Shown here piece by piece: positions 35,867 through 49,030 of a stretch of DNA of 64,000 nucleotides. The position numbers were made by a program, and so were the translations under genes. The stretch covers positions 29,760,001 through 29,824,000 of the forward strand of contig NC_045704.1 of the NCBI RefSeq assembly GCF_009834535.1. Reading direction: 5' to 3'. This DNA is from Camelus ferus (lineage: Eukaryota). The notes below the pieces were generated by a model. It had not been told where the DNA came from and did no database searches. It saw nothing but the letters and a program-made list of their open reading frames with translations. Positions within the stretch are counted from its first letter, which is position 1. Every line of letters begins with the position of its first letter.

Positions 35867-36771
35867 CTCTGAAATTTATTATTCTTTGTTATTCACTTGT
35901 TATTGTCCATCTCCTTACTAAAAGGAAAGCTCCGTGAGAGCAGGGATCTGGTCTACCTTGAGCAGCTCTTCTAGAATGGCATCTGGCCCAGAGGTGCCAA
36001 ATACATATTCACTGACAGCAAGAACAAGGAAGTGATTGCTAAAAATGGTGTTGAGGGAGATCACCTGCAAAGCAGGACAGGTAATAGACATGGCTGTGAA
36101 GGTGGCTGACCTTACCAAGAAGCAAAGAAATGCAGACAGTGGTGCCTAAGTTTACTGGCTTTGGATTTAGATCCGGTATCAAGTCCTAGGTCCTCATCCC
36201 AATTTCCTCATCTATAAATGAGTTAAGACTATTTCCCGAGTACCTACTCTGTGCCAGGCTCCATGGTGATCTAGAGAAATCTACTTCTCCTGTGGACTGA
36301 ATTCAGGCAGGTGTCCACTCCTATAAGTAAACAAAGGAGCACATATTCTGCAAGAACTAAAAGGGAAGAAGAACAAGGATGACTCTTCTAGGCAGTCAGA
36401 GAAGACCTGAAGGAACCGCTGAAGCCTGCCTGAAGGTGTGTGTGGAGGTCTTTCAAATAAGGGAGATGGCATGCACTAAGGAAGGCAGCTAGGAGCTCCA
36501 GCATTAAAGCAACTGCACTTAGATGTCACGGCATATATGAGATGTAGTGGGGCCCGAGGCAAGAGATGAATGTGGAGAGATAGGCATGGACCAGATATGC
36601 TTCATAGGCTTGTGAGGATTCCAGGGATCATTCATTCATTCATTCATTCACCCATTTACTTATTGAATAAATTTATTGGGTGCCTCCCTAGGTCAGGAAT
36701 TATTCCCAGCACTGGGGATACAGTGGTAGAAAAACAGACAAATTTCCTGCCCTTAAGATCATCTGTGCTAC

Positions 36772-37052
36772 TAGGGATGTAATGTACAACATGACGATGG
36801 TTCCCAGTGCTGTTATGATGTATATGAAAGTTGTTAAGAAAGTAAATCCTAAGAGTTCTCATTATAAGGAGAAAATGTTTTCTCTATTTTTACCGTTTCT
36901 TTTTTATGGTATCTATACAAGATGATGGATGTTCACTAAACTTATTGTGGTAATCATTTTACAATGTATGTAAGTCAAACCTTGATGCTGTATACCTGAA
37001 ACACATACAGTGACGTATGTCAATTACATCTCAGCAAAACTGGGAGAAAAAG
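36772..37052 (+). mobile_element. L1 (L1MA/MB-like) 3' end inserted in a minus-strand L2 (~36625-37290)
   Basis: gaaagttgttaagaaagtaaatcctaagagttctcat...cttattgtggtaatcattttacaatg...gtcaattacatctc. Confidence 0.75.
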
Positions 37053-37328
37053 AGCATCTATTCTAGGTGAGGAAGACAGATGCTAAACCAATAACAGGAA
37101 TAAGTAAATTATTTGAGTATGTTAGAAAGTGGTAACAGTTATGGAGAAAAATAAAACAAAGGAGGGGGCATGGAGAATGCCATGGGGAGGGATTTTTGCA
37201 GTGTCATGTAGTATGGTCAGGGCAGGCCTTAGTGACTTGAAAGGAGATAATTCTCATAAAGATATAGAGATTTCAGCAGAGTGCTAGTACACAGTAGGGC
37301 CTCAATAAGCCAATTAGCCAGTTAACTG

Positions 37329-37412
37329 TGATGATGATGATGGTAGTGATAATGATAATGATGGTGATGATGGAGATGGTGATGGTGATGCTGAAGATGA
37401 TGATGGAGAAAA
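37329..37412. repeat. Degenerate (GAT/GGT)n trinucleotide repeat
   Basis: gatgatgatgatggtagtgataatgataatgatggtgatgatggagatggtgatggtgatgctgaagatgatgatg. Confidence 0.9.
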
Positions 37413-38997
37413 TGAAGAAGACGGGCAAAGAGAAGGGGGAGGAGTCAGTAATGGGAAGTCCTTTGCAAGAACTCTTTCCTGACCAGCCCGTCACCAGGAA
37501 GGACCTTTCTTCTCTCTTTTGTCTGTTAATGCCTCCTCTAGTTCTTGGGCCCAGTGGGGGTCTCAGGTGGCCATTTTTAGTACCAGAAGAAGCACACAAA
37601 TGGTGGCCAATTCCTTCAGAAATTCATCTTCCAAAAATTGCTTTCCATCCATTTTGCTCCAATTCTGCTTTATTTATTACCTAGCAGTGAGCAGATGGAG
37701 CCATTTTTTCTCAGGGCTGCCTGAAAGAGGAGCATTGCAATGGTGCAGCAGGTTCGGGGGCTGATTTATGAACTGTGTGCCCCCAGGAGCCAGGCCCAGT
37801 GCCCCCACCTGTACCTACAGCTGGCAGAATGTAACACTGTCTGACCTGACTCCCTGTGGGCTGCCATTTGGGGAGGGTGCTATAGGTACTGACACGTTAC
37901 CTGGTCAAAGAAATCTCATCTGCTCCCATCTTGTGCTGTTGGAGTCTCTCCCTCCAGGCCTCTAACCCTGGTCTCACCTCGGTGAGCAGGAGGGAGAGAA
38001 AATATTTCTCAAGACAAAGGCAATTTCCTACTGCCAAAGGAAACACTCGACCACATCTTTAATCATCTGAGTTTTCAGAGAGCTGCTCAGTTGAGCCATT
38101 TAGAAGTTATTATAGAAGCTAATTTCTTCTTTGACATTTTCCATTGAATTTTCAGTTCCCTCATTCAAACTTGAAAAGATTATGACCCCACAATGTGGCC
38201 TATAAACCCACATTATAACTACCAATTGGACCAAAGCTTTATCTTTCCTGCTTACTTGGTGCATGGCTGGGCAAGTTGTTGAGCTTCACCAAGCCTTAGT
38301 TCCACATTTGTAAAATGGGGTGGCTCTTGGTGTCTGTCTCATAGGACCATGGTAAGGATTAAATGAGGTAATGACTCAGGGGCCCCCACTTAGCCATCAG
38401 AGTCAGGAGCCTTGGCTGCAACAAGATTAGGAAGGAGTTGGCTTCCTATTTTATTCCCCTTACATGATCTCCTGGCTTTTCTCCCAGCTGATATCTAGAC
38501 CCTGTTTTGTTACTTGCTTGCTGACTGAATGTTGCTGGGCCCAGGGAGAGACCTAAAGAGCCAGAAGCCTGTTTACTTCTGTATCTTCAGTGTTTTGAAG
38601 GATGCAGATGACTATACTGTGCCCCAAGCTCCCGGACAGGAGGCAAGGGTTACAGTGGGGGAGGGCCATGGCGGGAGCTCAGCCGCATTGGTCCTCCTGA
38701 AGGTGCTCCCTTCCTCCGCCTCTTCCCATCAGAACGTGTCATACTGGGAGGGAGCTAGATTGGGAATGTCAGTGTATAACATCCTTGTGAAAGCTCCTCT
38801 CCCTGAATCAGTATTTACATATGACATTAGGTAATCCCTTAATACATGGAAGACTTTCTAGATCAATGTACTTTCCTGAGTCTTCCAGGCCAATTGTGCA
38901 CAAGGTCTCAGTCTCAGAAACCTGAGGTCCTGGTGGTTACCACCCCAACGGTTTGGGTCCTGTCTAATAACTCCCTTTCTCTTTATATATTCTCAAT

Positions 38998-39188
38998 CAG
39001 CAGAGCCCAATAAAACTTTCTGCAACAATGGAAATGTCTTTTATCTTTGCTGGGCAATATGGTAGCCACCAGCCACAAGTGGTTATTGAGCCCTTGTGGC
39101 TCATGTGACTAAGGGACTAAATTTTTAATTTAATTTAATTCATTTCAATGGCCATAGTGTGGCTAGGGCTACCATATTGAACAGCACA
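38998..39188. mobile_element. MER3 hAT-Charlie MITE
   Basis: cccaataaaactttctgcaacaatggaaatg...tagccaccagccac...tgtggctagggctaccatattgaacagcac. Confidence 0.8.
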
Positions 39189-40149
39189 AGTCTTAACAGT
39201 CTTTCTTTTATTTTACGGAGTCAGTATTTGCCGGAGATGAAGGATGTGAGGGCCTCCAGGAGGCCAGCCCCCGTGCCAGGCTCTGCAAGGGGACACATGG
39301 GAAGAGAGGCTTAGTGGCTACTCCATGCCTTGGAAAAGTTTCACTTCTTACTTGGGAGGAGAGATGGAGGTGAAACAATTGAAGGCAGAAGCAAGTGCTG
39401 GGCGAAGGATCTGCAGATGCTGTTAGTCTTGTCTGCCAAGCAGAGAGTAATTTCCTGGAGAGCAGGGGTCAGCTCAGCACAAGCTGAGTGCACAGTGGCT
39501 GCCTAATAAGGACAGATGTGCTAACAGGGACATGGTCTCCAGTCAGGGGCTTGCTCAGCCATCCAGGCAGCTCGGCATGGCTGTGGGTGGGACATGGAAG
39601 GAAGAAACTCCTTGGCTGAGCTCCAGGGAGCTGAGCCCTGGTCCTGTCTCAGGTGAAGAGACAGAGCCCTGCAGAGATGCTGTCTAATCCCCCAAAGCAC
39701 CCCAGGGTTCCACCCTCTAGCCCACCCAGCAGTACCATGCTGGGTTCTCACAAGGGATGGCTGGTGACATCCAAACTTTCTTTCTTTGTGACTCTTTTTG
39801 GAATGGTGATCTGGCTGAACTCTCTGGAAGACACTAGAGGCACACCCCAGCCTCCTTCCCTGATGGCTGTAATCACCAGCAAAACATTGAGGCTGGATGG
39901 CTTGCTGGCCTCTCGATGCAGGGCAAGTGGGTTCTGTCCATCTATCCAGAATGAGTGGTTTCCCTGAGTCACACAGAGCCCTGACTCTCCCTGGGAGCTG
40001 TGCCTCCCTCTGTTTTCACTCAGAATAGCTCAGAGATAGTATTGGCTTCAGGATAACAACTTTTGCTCCATGAATGTCAGGGTAGATTTTTTTTTTTTTT
40101 TTTTGGTAAACAATTATTTTGAAAAATTTCCCCAACTTGTGCAGGAAGC

Positions 40150-40372
40150 AAATGGCTATAGCATTTATTTAAAAAACACTCATAGTGCTTTCTATGTGCC
40201 AAGACTGTTTTATGTGTTTTACAAATATGAATGTGCTTATGATTTATAACAATGCCAGGAGGAAGCTCTGTTTATAGTCCTGTCCTGAAGACTGAGGAAG
40301 CTGAGGCACAAGTAACTTAATTAATTTGCCCAAGGATACAGCGACAGTAAGAGGCAAGTTAGGAGATGAACC
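40150..40372 (-). mobile_element. MIR SINE
   Basis: ttctatgtgccaagactgttt...gaggaagctgaggcacaagtaacttaattaatttgcccaagg. Confidence 0.7.
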
Positions 40373-40374
40373 TG

Positions 40375-40500
40375 TAGGGTGACAAACCATCCCAATTTGC
40401 CTGGGACTGAGGGGTTGCCTGGGACCTTGGATTTCGGGTGTTAAAACCAGGACACTCGCAGGTACACCAGGACGAGCTGGGCATCTTCTACCCTGAGGAA
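40375..40500. mobile_element. MER81-like hAT-Blackjack MITE
   Basis: tagggtgacaaaccatcccaatttgcctgggact...accaggacgagctgggcatcttcta. Confidence 0.6.
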
Positions 40501-40613
40501 GGCTAGCTCCAGATTTCCTGCTCTTAATCTCCATGCTTCATCTTTGCAGTGTGGGCACTGGGGGTACCTGGAAGAAGATTAGTGAATCAGAGTTAATTTC
40601 GTCCTATAGGCAA

Positions 40614-40614
<1 letters not shown>

Positions 40615-40658
<44 letters not shown>
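40615..40658. repeat. (TCTA)11 tetranucleotide microsatellite
   Basis: Perfect tandem array. Confidence 0.95.
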
Positions 40659-42094
40659 CCCATCTATCTCTCTATTTAGCTTTATCGTATATTTGTCCCA
40701 TATATATATATATAGCTGTATCCTATAGTCTTTCTATAAATGAGAAAGCTGAGGCCTGGCAAATACTCACCCAGACCTCAGCGAAGTCAGATGCAGAGCT
40801 GGGACCACACTTTGATCTATGAAGTCCCAGCCTGGGCTCAGTCCCTGGGTTCCTGAAATTTATTTGTTCTTTTAAACCTCATATCTATGGAAAAGGGATT
40901 CAAAGTAACCTAAAGGAAAGGATGTGACAACAAGTTGCCAAAATACAAACAGTGGGAAAAAAATCAAGACCAAAGTTTAATGCAAATACACCAGCTTTAG
41001 TAGGTAATTTGGGCTTGAGCTTCCTGGCATCCACAGTAAAAAAGGAAAGCCCTCAGAGTTTTCTCCAAGGAGACAGAAGGTTGTTATGTTTATAACTGAG
41101 TTATAATCTATTCAAGATTCTTGGATAGGAACTATTGACTAGGAGACAGTGCTTCCTGCTAGTTTCCTGTGAAGGCAGAAGTGTGTTTCCATGGCTGCCC
41201 ATGATACCAACCCTTTCTGAAAGACAGGGCATCTGGTTAAAACACAAGTCAGAAAAGTGACCCAGAAAGTGGCTGAGCTAAGGTGGTCCAGGTCTGAAGA
41301 CCTCTGAGGGCTCAAACATAAACACAAAAAACTCTGATGCAGGGTATACCTTATAGAACAGTTACAACTGATGGTCTGGAGGCCTGGAGCCCTGCCTGCT
41401 CCCCTGCCACCACAGCCCCGAGGCAGTCCACGCAGCTACAAAGACTCTGGAGTGAATTCTCAACCCTGGAACTGCCCGAGGACAGACACAGGCTTTTGGA
41501 AGCCTGCTGGCACTTCCCCCACCTTGAAGGCACCCTGAGCTCTATCTAGGGTGGGTGCCTACTAGCATCGCTTCATCCTACCCTGTGCTCCAGAGGCCGG
41601 GTCCCAGCTGGGCACAAGCCGGCATTCCCTGGTCCCCTTGCCTGCAGCCAGGGGATGGCTGACTGCTCAGCCGGGAGCCATCTGATCCTTCCTTGTTAAT
41701 TTCTCATTAGGATTTTTGTTGGCTTTTCTTTTAAACAATTTCTTGGGTTTCATTCAAGGTCAAGGAGGAGGATGCCACTGAAGGAGGGGGGAGAGCCCCA
41801 CCCTAATCAAATCTGAGAGGAGACAGGATAAAAATTAACCTTCATTTGAATATGTAAACAAACACTGCGCTTGGTAACTTCCAGCCGTCCTTGGCTTGGG
41901 TCACCGAGGAGCGGAACAGTGATTCATCTGCCAGGTCTCTTCATGGCAGGAAAAACTTTATTCTTAAAGGCTTTTTACACTTGAATAAGTGCTAAATAAT
42001 AATAATAGGCCAAGTAACTCTTTCCCCTGGAAGAGTGTCAACACAGGCGGGATGGAGGAACTGAGAGTTCTTCTAGGGAGTGAGGGGGTGACAA

Positions 42095-42362
42095 NNNNNN
42101 NNNNNNNNNNNNNNNNNNNNNNNNNNNNNNNNNNNNNNNNNNNNNNNNNNNNNNNNNNNNNNNNNNNNNNNNNNNNNNNNNNNNNNNNNNNNNNNNNNNN
42201 NNNNNNNNNNNNNNNNNNNNNNNNNNNNNNNNNNNNNNNNNNNNNNNNNNNNNNNNNNNNNNNNNNNNNNNNNNNNNNNNNNNNNNNNNNNNNNNNNNNN
42301 NNNNNNNNNNNNNNNNNNNNNNNNNNNNNNNNNNNNNNNNNNNNNNNNNNNNNNNNNNNNNN
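42095..42362. other. Assembly gap (268 N)
   Basis: Run of N in the sequence. Confidence 0.99.
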
Positions 42363-45300
42363 CCTCAAGCACTGGAGTACGAAGCCCGTCTGGGAGAGCG
42401 GCGCACTCCCAGCCAAGCGCCGGGAAACCTTGAAGCCGCCAGCATTGAATAATGTTTGATTTATGAAGTTGGTTTTGAATTTGTATCAGTTGTTTTATTA
42501 AAAATATATGAAAGGAAGTTTTAAATATGAGCAAGCGCTGTCGGCGCTCGACTGCACTCAGCCGCCGCCGTCTGGCCAGCCTCGTGCTCCCTCCTGGCTC
42601 AGTTGGTCCCTCCATCCCATCCGGTGGGGAGCCAGAGGGCAGGAACCCATGGCTAATTTGTGAGCTTCACTTGGTCTGCTGAGATTAAGTCTCAATTAAG
42701 GTGCAGGGGCAGGAGAATGGGGAGTGGGCGGGTGCAGAGTGGGTCTGATCTGCCATCTGTTAGGTGGCCCGGGATATCTCTCAGCTGGGCTGCATTTACT
42801 TGTTAATAACAACAATGTCAACTCTGGAAGAGGTGTTCTGGCTTCCTTTCAGGTAGGCTGCAGCACTGGAGAAGAGGCAGGGTGAAGGTGGGTTTGTAGG
42901 AGACCTGTCTGGGGTCCTGGATGTAGAGACGGGGGACTGCGGAGCAGGTTAGGACTTCGGGCCTCACTTTTCCCATCTTTCAAATGACAGATCCCCTCCC
43001 TCCCCATCACTGCCTCCCGCCCAAAGGTCCTCCTCAGAGCAGTAAGAGGAGCCCACCCAACAAGACAAGACCTTCAAGCCCAAGCTCCTGATCATTTCAG
43101 GGCCAGAGGAACATCCCAGAGAGAGGAGTGCTAGTGAGAAGGGCAGGGGCTGAATGCCAGTGGGTGAGGCAGGCTGCTGGCATCCAGAAACGAGGTGTGT
43201 GGGATGTTGATGCTTGTTGGTCAAAGGGGCTTCCGTCTCCAGGGCCAGCCTAGGTGGCAGCCAGCACACAGACCAGCACACAGACCATGGTTGGGGGTAA
43301 GGGCTTTTGCAGACACTTTGAAGGGCGCCTACTTCACATTTCACCCGGGAATGTCCTTATGTGAGGATGCTTCTCAAGGTGTGATGTACACTCAGATGTA
43401 CCCGCCCAGGCTTTCAGCGAGGAGCCCAGGGAGTGAGCGTCACAGAGGCCCCTGGGGACATCACTCTGTTCTCCCTGTCCCTCCTGCAGGGAGGAGGAAG
43501 CTGGCATCCCCCAGGCTCCCAGGGCCCTGCCTCAACTATCCCTCTGTGGCCCCCGTGTCAGGCACAGAGTAGGAGCTTAATACATATTGGTTCAGGGAGC
43601 GGATAAAGGCCTCCGATCAGCTCCCATTCTCCCTCCCACACCACCAGTGCTGGTGAGGGCAGCCAGCCAGCAGGCCACAGCGGGGGGTGGGGGGTGCGGA
43701 GAGCTCATTTCAGGCTTGACCTGGGAACCTCCAACAGGTGGGTGGTTTTAAAGGTCCTGAAGTACTCTCTGTACGCTAAGGCTGTACCCCAGTGAGGATG
43801 CTGGGCGAGTGAGAGCTGTAGCAGGCTTCAGGGACAGGCCCTGGGAGCCCGTTGTGGGGGTGGTCTCTCCCTCTTTCTCTCTACCTCCCTCCCACAATGA
43901 AGAGGAGGTCTGAGCATCCTTGAGGGGCTCACATCCACTTTTATATTACTGCTGTATTGCCCTCACACCGCCGCCCTATGCCAGGCATACTGGAGATAAA
44001 TATGTGTTGAATGGATCAATGAATAAATGAAGCCATCCATCAATTTCAACCTCACCCCACCCCACCCCATTAATGCCACCCCAGTGAGGCCGGCCAGCAC
44101 ACTGACTCTGCCAGGGAGCTGTGGGCATTGCAGACCCTGCCCTCCAGATCACAGTGTGGCGTTTCTCCATCTTCCTCAACTCCATCTGCAGGTGTTACAA
44201 TTCATCACCGCAGGCCTTCTAATGCCTTGGTACCACGTTGCACCTGAGCTGGGGCCTAAGCGGGCCAGGTGCTGGGTCCGGGCTGAAGGTCACAGGCAAC
44301 ACTTGGGTTTTAAGGCACGGCTAGTATTTTTGAGCTGACAGTCCTCCAGGAGGTGGGCAGGAGGAGTGAGGGAGAGCAGGTCTGGCCCCTCGCCACACTC
44401 GGCACGGGCCTCCCACCCAAGGGGGCTCTATGTCAGTCAGCAAATGCTGGTCAGCAGGGCAGATGGCAGAGGGGTTTACTCCCCACCTGCTGAAGTTGGG
44501 GGCCCTTTCAGAACTCCCTGTCCCCATGCCATGGCTGCTCCATTCCCAGATCAGGTGGCCCTAGGCCTCCTCCGTCTCTCCTTCTTCCTGTTCCCTACTC
44601 CCCTCACTGTGTGCAGTCACTTGCTCTCTGATGTCCTCCATTGCCCTGCACAGCTCCTGGGTCCCGGAGATCCCGTGAGTTCTCCCACATGCTCAGGCTC
44701 ACCTCATCTCTTCCTGCACCAGCTAAGCCCTGGGGCCCCCACACCTTGAGGCGACATAGTCCTGGGAGGTGTCATTGGAGACGGTGTCACCTCTCAGGAC
44801 ACTGGACCCTGCCAACCTTTGTTCAGCCAGCCTAGTACCACGCAAACTTCCGGCCTTGCCTCCTGGCTGGCAGCTTTGGGCCCTAGAACTTGTAAAACGC
44901 TTTGTTCTTCCCTGCCTGCTGGTAGCTTAGGCTGACTCAGTCTTTTGATGAGTTGAGCTCCTGTGATACTGAATCTGAGGGATCGTGGGCTGTTTGGAAT
45001 TTTGTCTTGAAGGTGAGCCTTCAACAGTCTGTGATGCTTTGTATTTCCACCTACTTCTGATTAAACTTGAGCAAATTTCAGTGCTGTGGGGTTTTAGCCA
45101 CTCGAGACACCAAGGATTGGGAGGAGCAGAGAGGAACTTGGAAAGGACAGACGGAGAGGGATCTATAAACAGTTCCCCTTGAAGGGGTTCTTACGCCCTG
45201 CAGCGGCTCCCATGCCAGCTGCAGACTCAGATCACCTGGCTTTCTTTGCCCAGGTGAACTCCAGGCCGGTGCTGGGAGGAAAATACAAAGCACTCCCAAA

Positions 45301-45467
45301 GGGCAAATCAGCCTGCCTCATGGAGGTTTCGCTGACCTGTGCGTCTTTCCTATGGGATTTTCCAGGGTTCAATCATGTTACCTGATGAACTAGCCCATGC
45401 GGATAGGGGGAGCCTGAGGAGGTCTTCTCCTTCAAGAATCGGGCTGCCCCTTTAATTGGAGAGAGGC

Positions 45468-45900
45468 AGTTAGGATTCGTTTGAAGCAAATGACAGAAAT
45501 CCAAGCCAGGTTGATTTGATCCAAAGGAGAATGGACTGGCCCCAACAACTAAAAAGCAACTGTGGATTCAGACAGCAGAATTCAAGGCTCAAACGTTTAT
45601 TTTGGAACCTGGTCTCTCTCCATCTCTCCATGTTATTTTCCTCTGGGTCACTCGTCTCGCACAAGCTGGTTCCAAGTGGTACCACCAGCAGCCCCTGATT
45701 TACACTCCTTTCTTGGATGCTGTGGCGGACTTCTGAAGACTGAGTCTCACTGGACCCATCCAGGCTACGTGCGCATCTCTGAGCCAACCACGAAAGCCTA
45801 GAGGAGGTTGATTGGCCCAAACTGGGTCATGTGCCCAACCCTGGAGTCAGATCAGTGCCACATAAACCACATGGATTCAGAGTGGGGTGCAGGCAGGGGA
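45468..45900 (-). mobile_element. MLT1 solo LTR
   Basis: gaagcaaatgacagaaatccaagcc...gattggcccaaactgggtcatgtgcccaaccctggag. Confidence 0.7.
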
Positions 45901-47696
45901 GCAAAGCTAATGCTTATTAAAGGGCCACTGAGGACATTTGAATTTTCCAGCAGTCCTACCTTTGCTTAAGCCATTTCTTCCACCTGGTGCTGTCATCCTC
46001 CCTCCCTGCTTTTCACCTTCACTGACTCATGTCGAGTTAGTTGTTAATTTGATGTCCACGTGGAGAGATCTTTCCTTTTTCTGTGTCTCAGTTTATGCAA
46101 AAAGAGAGGGTTAGAATAGACTCCATGACTTCTTCAAGCTCCTAAATACTAAGCTTTTCAAGGCTCAGCTGAAGTGCCACCTCCTCCAAGCAGGACTCCA
46201 GTATGTCATCCATCTGCACAGCTCTGATTTTGCCTTGAATCTTGGCTATTATGTGCACATTTTGCCTCCCTCTTATCCCATGAGCTCCTCCAGGGTAGAA
46301 TCATGTGTGATTCATCCTGGATTCTTCCCTGATAGCACCTCACACACAGCAGGTACTCATAAGACTCTCAGAGTTTTGGGACCTGGGTAACTTCTATATT
46401 TTGATCCCTCTTCTATACTAAAAAATAAAAGAATGGCAAAATGGACCAACAAAAATTGTTTAGTTTGAATGTTTTCCTTGAACAAATAAATGCTTTCACA
46501 CTAAAGCAAGCATAACACAATAACTTACTACTCTGCTCCCATAAAATACATATCTGAATAATTCTGACTACTGCAAAACATCAGAACATTTATGGCAAAA
46601 TAATGACACCTCAGAACTTTTGAAACAACAGGCAGTGTTATATCAATTACCGTCTGAATGATAGGTACACGTCACTCATAATCCCCCGACTTAATTCTGT
46701 TTTCAGTGTTCTACCACAGGTGGCAATGTCCTACAATGTAATTTGCTATTCACAAGATAATTACAGGATTTATTTTTAAGAACTTAATTCATAGCGCATG
46801 CCAGGTGGTGGGGTTGGACGAGGGGACCCAGGTTTAAAGTTGGAGGATGGGGGTCTTATTTCAGTCCTCTTGTGCATCACTGTACGTTATGTATAATGTC
46901 CTCTGGTGAAAACGTGGAGTCTACCTTTGAGGTCTTCTGTGAATCTGCAGCCACCCTCCTTTTTTCCTGTCCACACCCGCCGTGATGAGCAGGGCACTCA
47001 CTGGGCCTTTACTGCCACTGATTCAGAGACCTGACAGTGCAGTGGAGGTTTGGGGACTGACAGGAAGGGAGGGTGGTGCTGGGACCGGCTGGTATGGGCA
47101 CATTTGGTGACTGTGATCACACTGCGGGAGGCTGGACAGCCTTCTCGGCCATGCATATGCATGGGCCAGCCCTGGGGAGCTGGGGAGTTGGCTGGTCTCC
47201 AGGAAGGGCACCATATGGAAAGTGTGTGGGTTTTTTTTTTTTTTTCTTCCAAGACGACCAAAACAAAAGAAGTAAAAAAGGAAAAAAAGGAGGAAGGAAA
47301 AGAAAGCTTAGAGATAGGATGGTACAAGGTTAATGATTAAAAGAGTCATAAAGATCAACGAACTGCTCCAGCCCCGACATGGCCCAGATGGAGAAATTGA
47401 TGAAGCGTCGAGGGGGCATATCCAAGTCCAAAGGTGGAAGGAGATGCCAGGGGTGCAGCACAGTCCCCTGGAGAAGCATGATCTTCAGCTCCTGAGGCTT
47501 CCACTGGTCCCTCTTGGGATTTCCTAACAGGACAGTGTGGCAATCTGTGGTTTCACATTTCTGGATTCCTCTAACAATCCAATAATTTCCTGGCCGTTGG
47601 TGTTTTACATAATCAGTTCTCCAAACCTGTCACCCAAGATGATTCTTTTAAATTATATAAGCCTTTAAATTCCCCTTTTGGTTTAACGAAAAAATG

Positions 47697-48556
47697 TTTC
47701 ATTGTGGTAAAGTAAGCTTAACATAAAATTTACTATCTTCACCATTTTGGGAGATGATGAAATATTTATTGACAAGGAAATATTTGCACAGTGTATTCCT
47801 TTTTTAAAAATTGTGGCAATAAAACAGATAATGCAAAATTTATCCACTCAACAATTTCTAAGTATACAGTATAATGTCAACCATGGGCATTGTTGTGTGA
47901 GCCAGCCCCAGAACACCCTCCCCTTCTGCATGACTGAGACTCTACACCCACTGAAGAACACCTCTATCTTCCTCTCCCTCAGCTCCTGGCAACCACCAAC
48001 CTGCCTTCTGTGCTATGAATCTGACTGCTTTAGATACCTCACCTAAACGGAATCATGTAGTATTTGTCTTTTTATGACTGACTTATTTCACTTAGAATAA
48101 TATCCTTAAGTTTCATCCACATTGTGGCATATAACAGAATTTTATTCCTTTTTTTAAGGCTGAATGATACTCCATTGTAGATATACCACATTTTCTTTAT
48201 CCATCCACCCACCGAAGAGCAGTTAAATTGTTGCCACTTCTTGGCTTTTGTAAATAATGCTTCAGTGAACATAAGGATGCAAGCATCTCTTTGAAATCCT
48301 GTTTTCAGTTCTTCTGGCTATATACCCCAAAGTGGGATTGCACGATCATACGGTAGTTGTGTTTTTCATTTTTTGGTGGAGCCTCCGTATGGCTTTCCAC
48401 AGTGTCTATACCGTTTTCCATTCCCACCAATAGTGAATTGTTTCCGTTTCTCCACATCCTGGCCCCATCTTAACCATTTTTAAGCACCTGTTTCAGTAAA
48501 GTTAAGTATATTCACGCTGTTGTGCACCCATCTTTAGAACTCTTTCACCTTGCAAA
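47697..48556 (-). mobile_element. L1MB-like 3' end nested inside another L1MB-like 3' end
   Basis: Direct repeat atcttcaccatttt 47735-47748 / atcttaaccatttt 48467-48480. The outer element resumes after the second copy. Confidence 0.7.
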
Positions 48557-48879
48557 CAGCTTAAGTCATTTGGATTGGCTTCTATGATTTGCAATGAAAA
48601 AGCCCTAATTTATACACCCCCAGTAAAACGCACTCCAGTTCCCTGGTGCATCATGTCAGCACATTCTTAGTTTGTACGAGGGGGTGGGTTTGGGGATTAT
48701 AGGAGAAAACGGTGCCCTAGGATTTCTGAGTTGGGCGATAAGGCTCCAAAAGGTAGGAGAAGGAGGATGAGAACCCAGAGTAACTGATGTGTGGGATGAC
48801 ACATGTAGACCTCTGCTCCCTTGCTGTCCTGGAGAACTGTTATTTTTGCCTAACAAAAACACATGTTCATTCTCTTAGT

Positions 48880-49030
48880 CTAGTGGCTCCAAATTTAGCA
48901 TCCCCTGGGGCACTTGTTCAAAACATCAATACCAGAGCCTTGCCTTTTCCTTCAGGATAGAGGATTCTTCAGGAAGACAAGCCTCAGGTCCAGATAATCT
49001 CCAGATTCGGAGGCTGAAGCAACTGTTTGC
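48880..49030. mobile_element. MER5-like hAT fragment
   Basis: agtggctccaaatttagcatcccctggggcacttgttcaaaaca. Confidence 0.4.

Noticed and set aside
37328-37684. Met/Val-rich 118-aa ORF
   Set aside because: It is the translation of a (GAT)n low-complexity repeat.
42534-42555. REST/RE1-like agcgctgtc, and tcagcacc near 21010
   Set aside because: Only isolated half-sites; the full 21-bp motif does not match.
47330-47523. Exon-like minus-strand frame NPKRDQWKPQELKIMLL...RRFINFSIWAMSGLEQFVDLYDSFNH* after ctgttAG
   Set aside because: No recognisable homology, a weak pyrimidine tract, no partner exons, and the opposite strand is equally open. A BLASTX hit would reinstate it.
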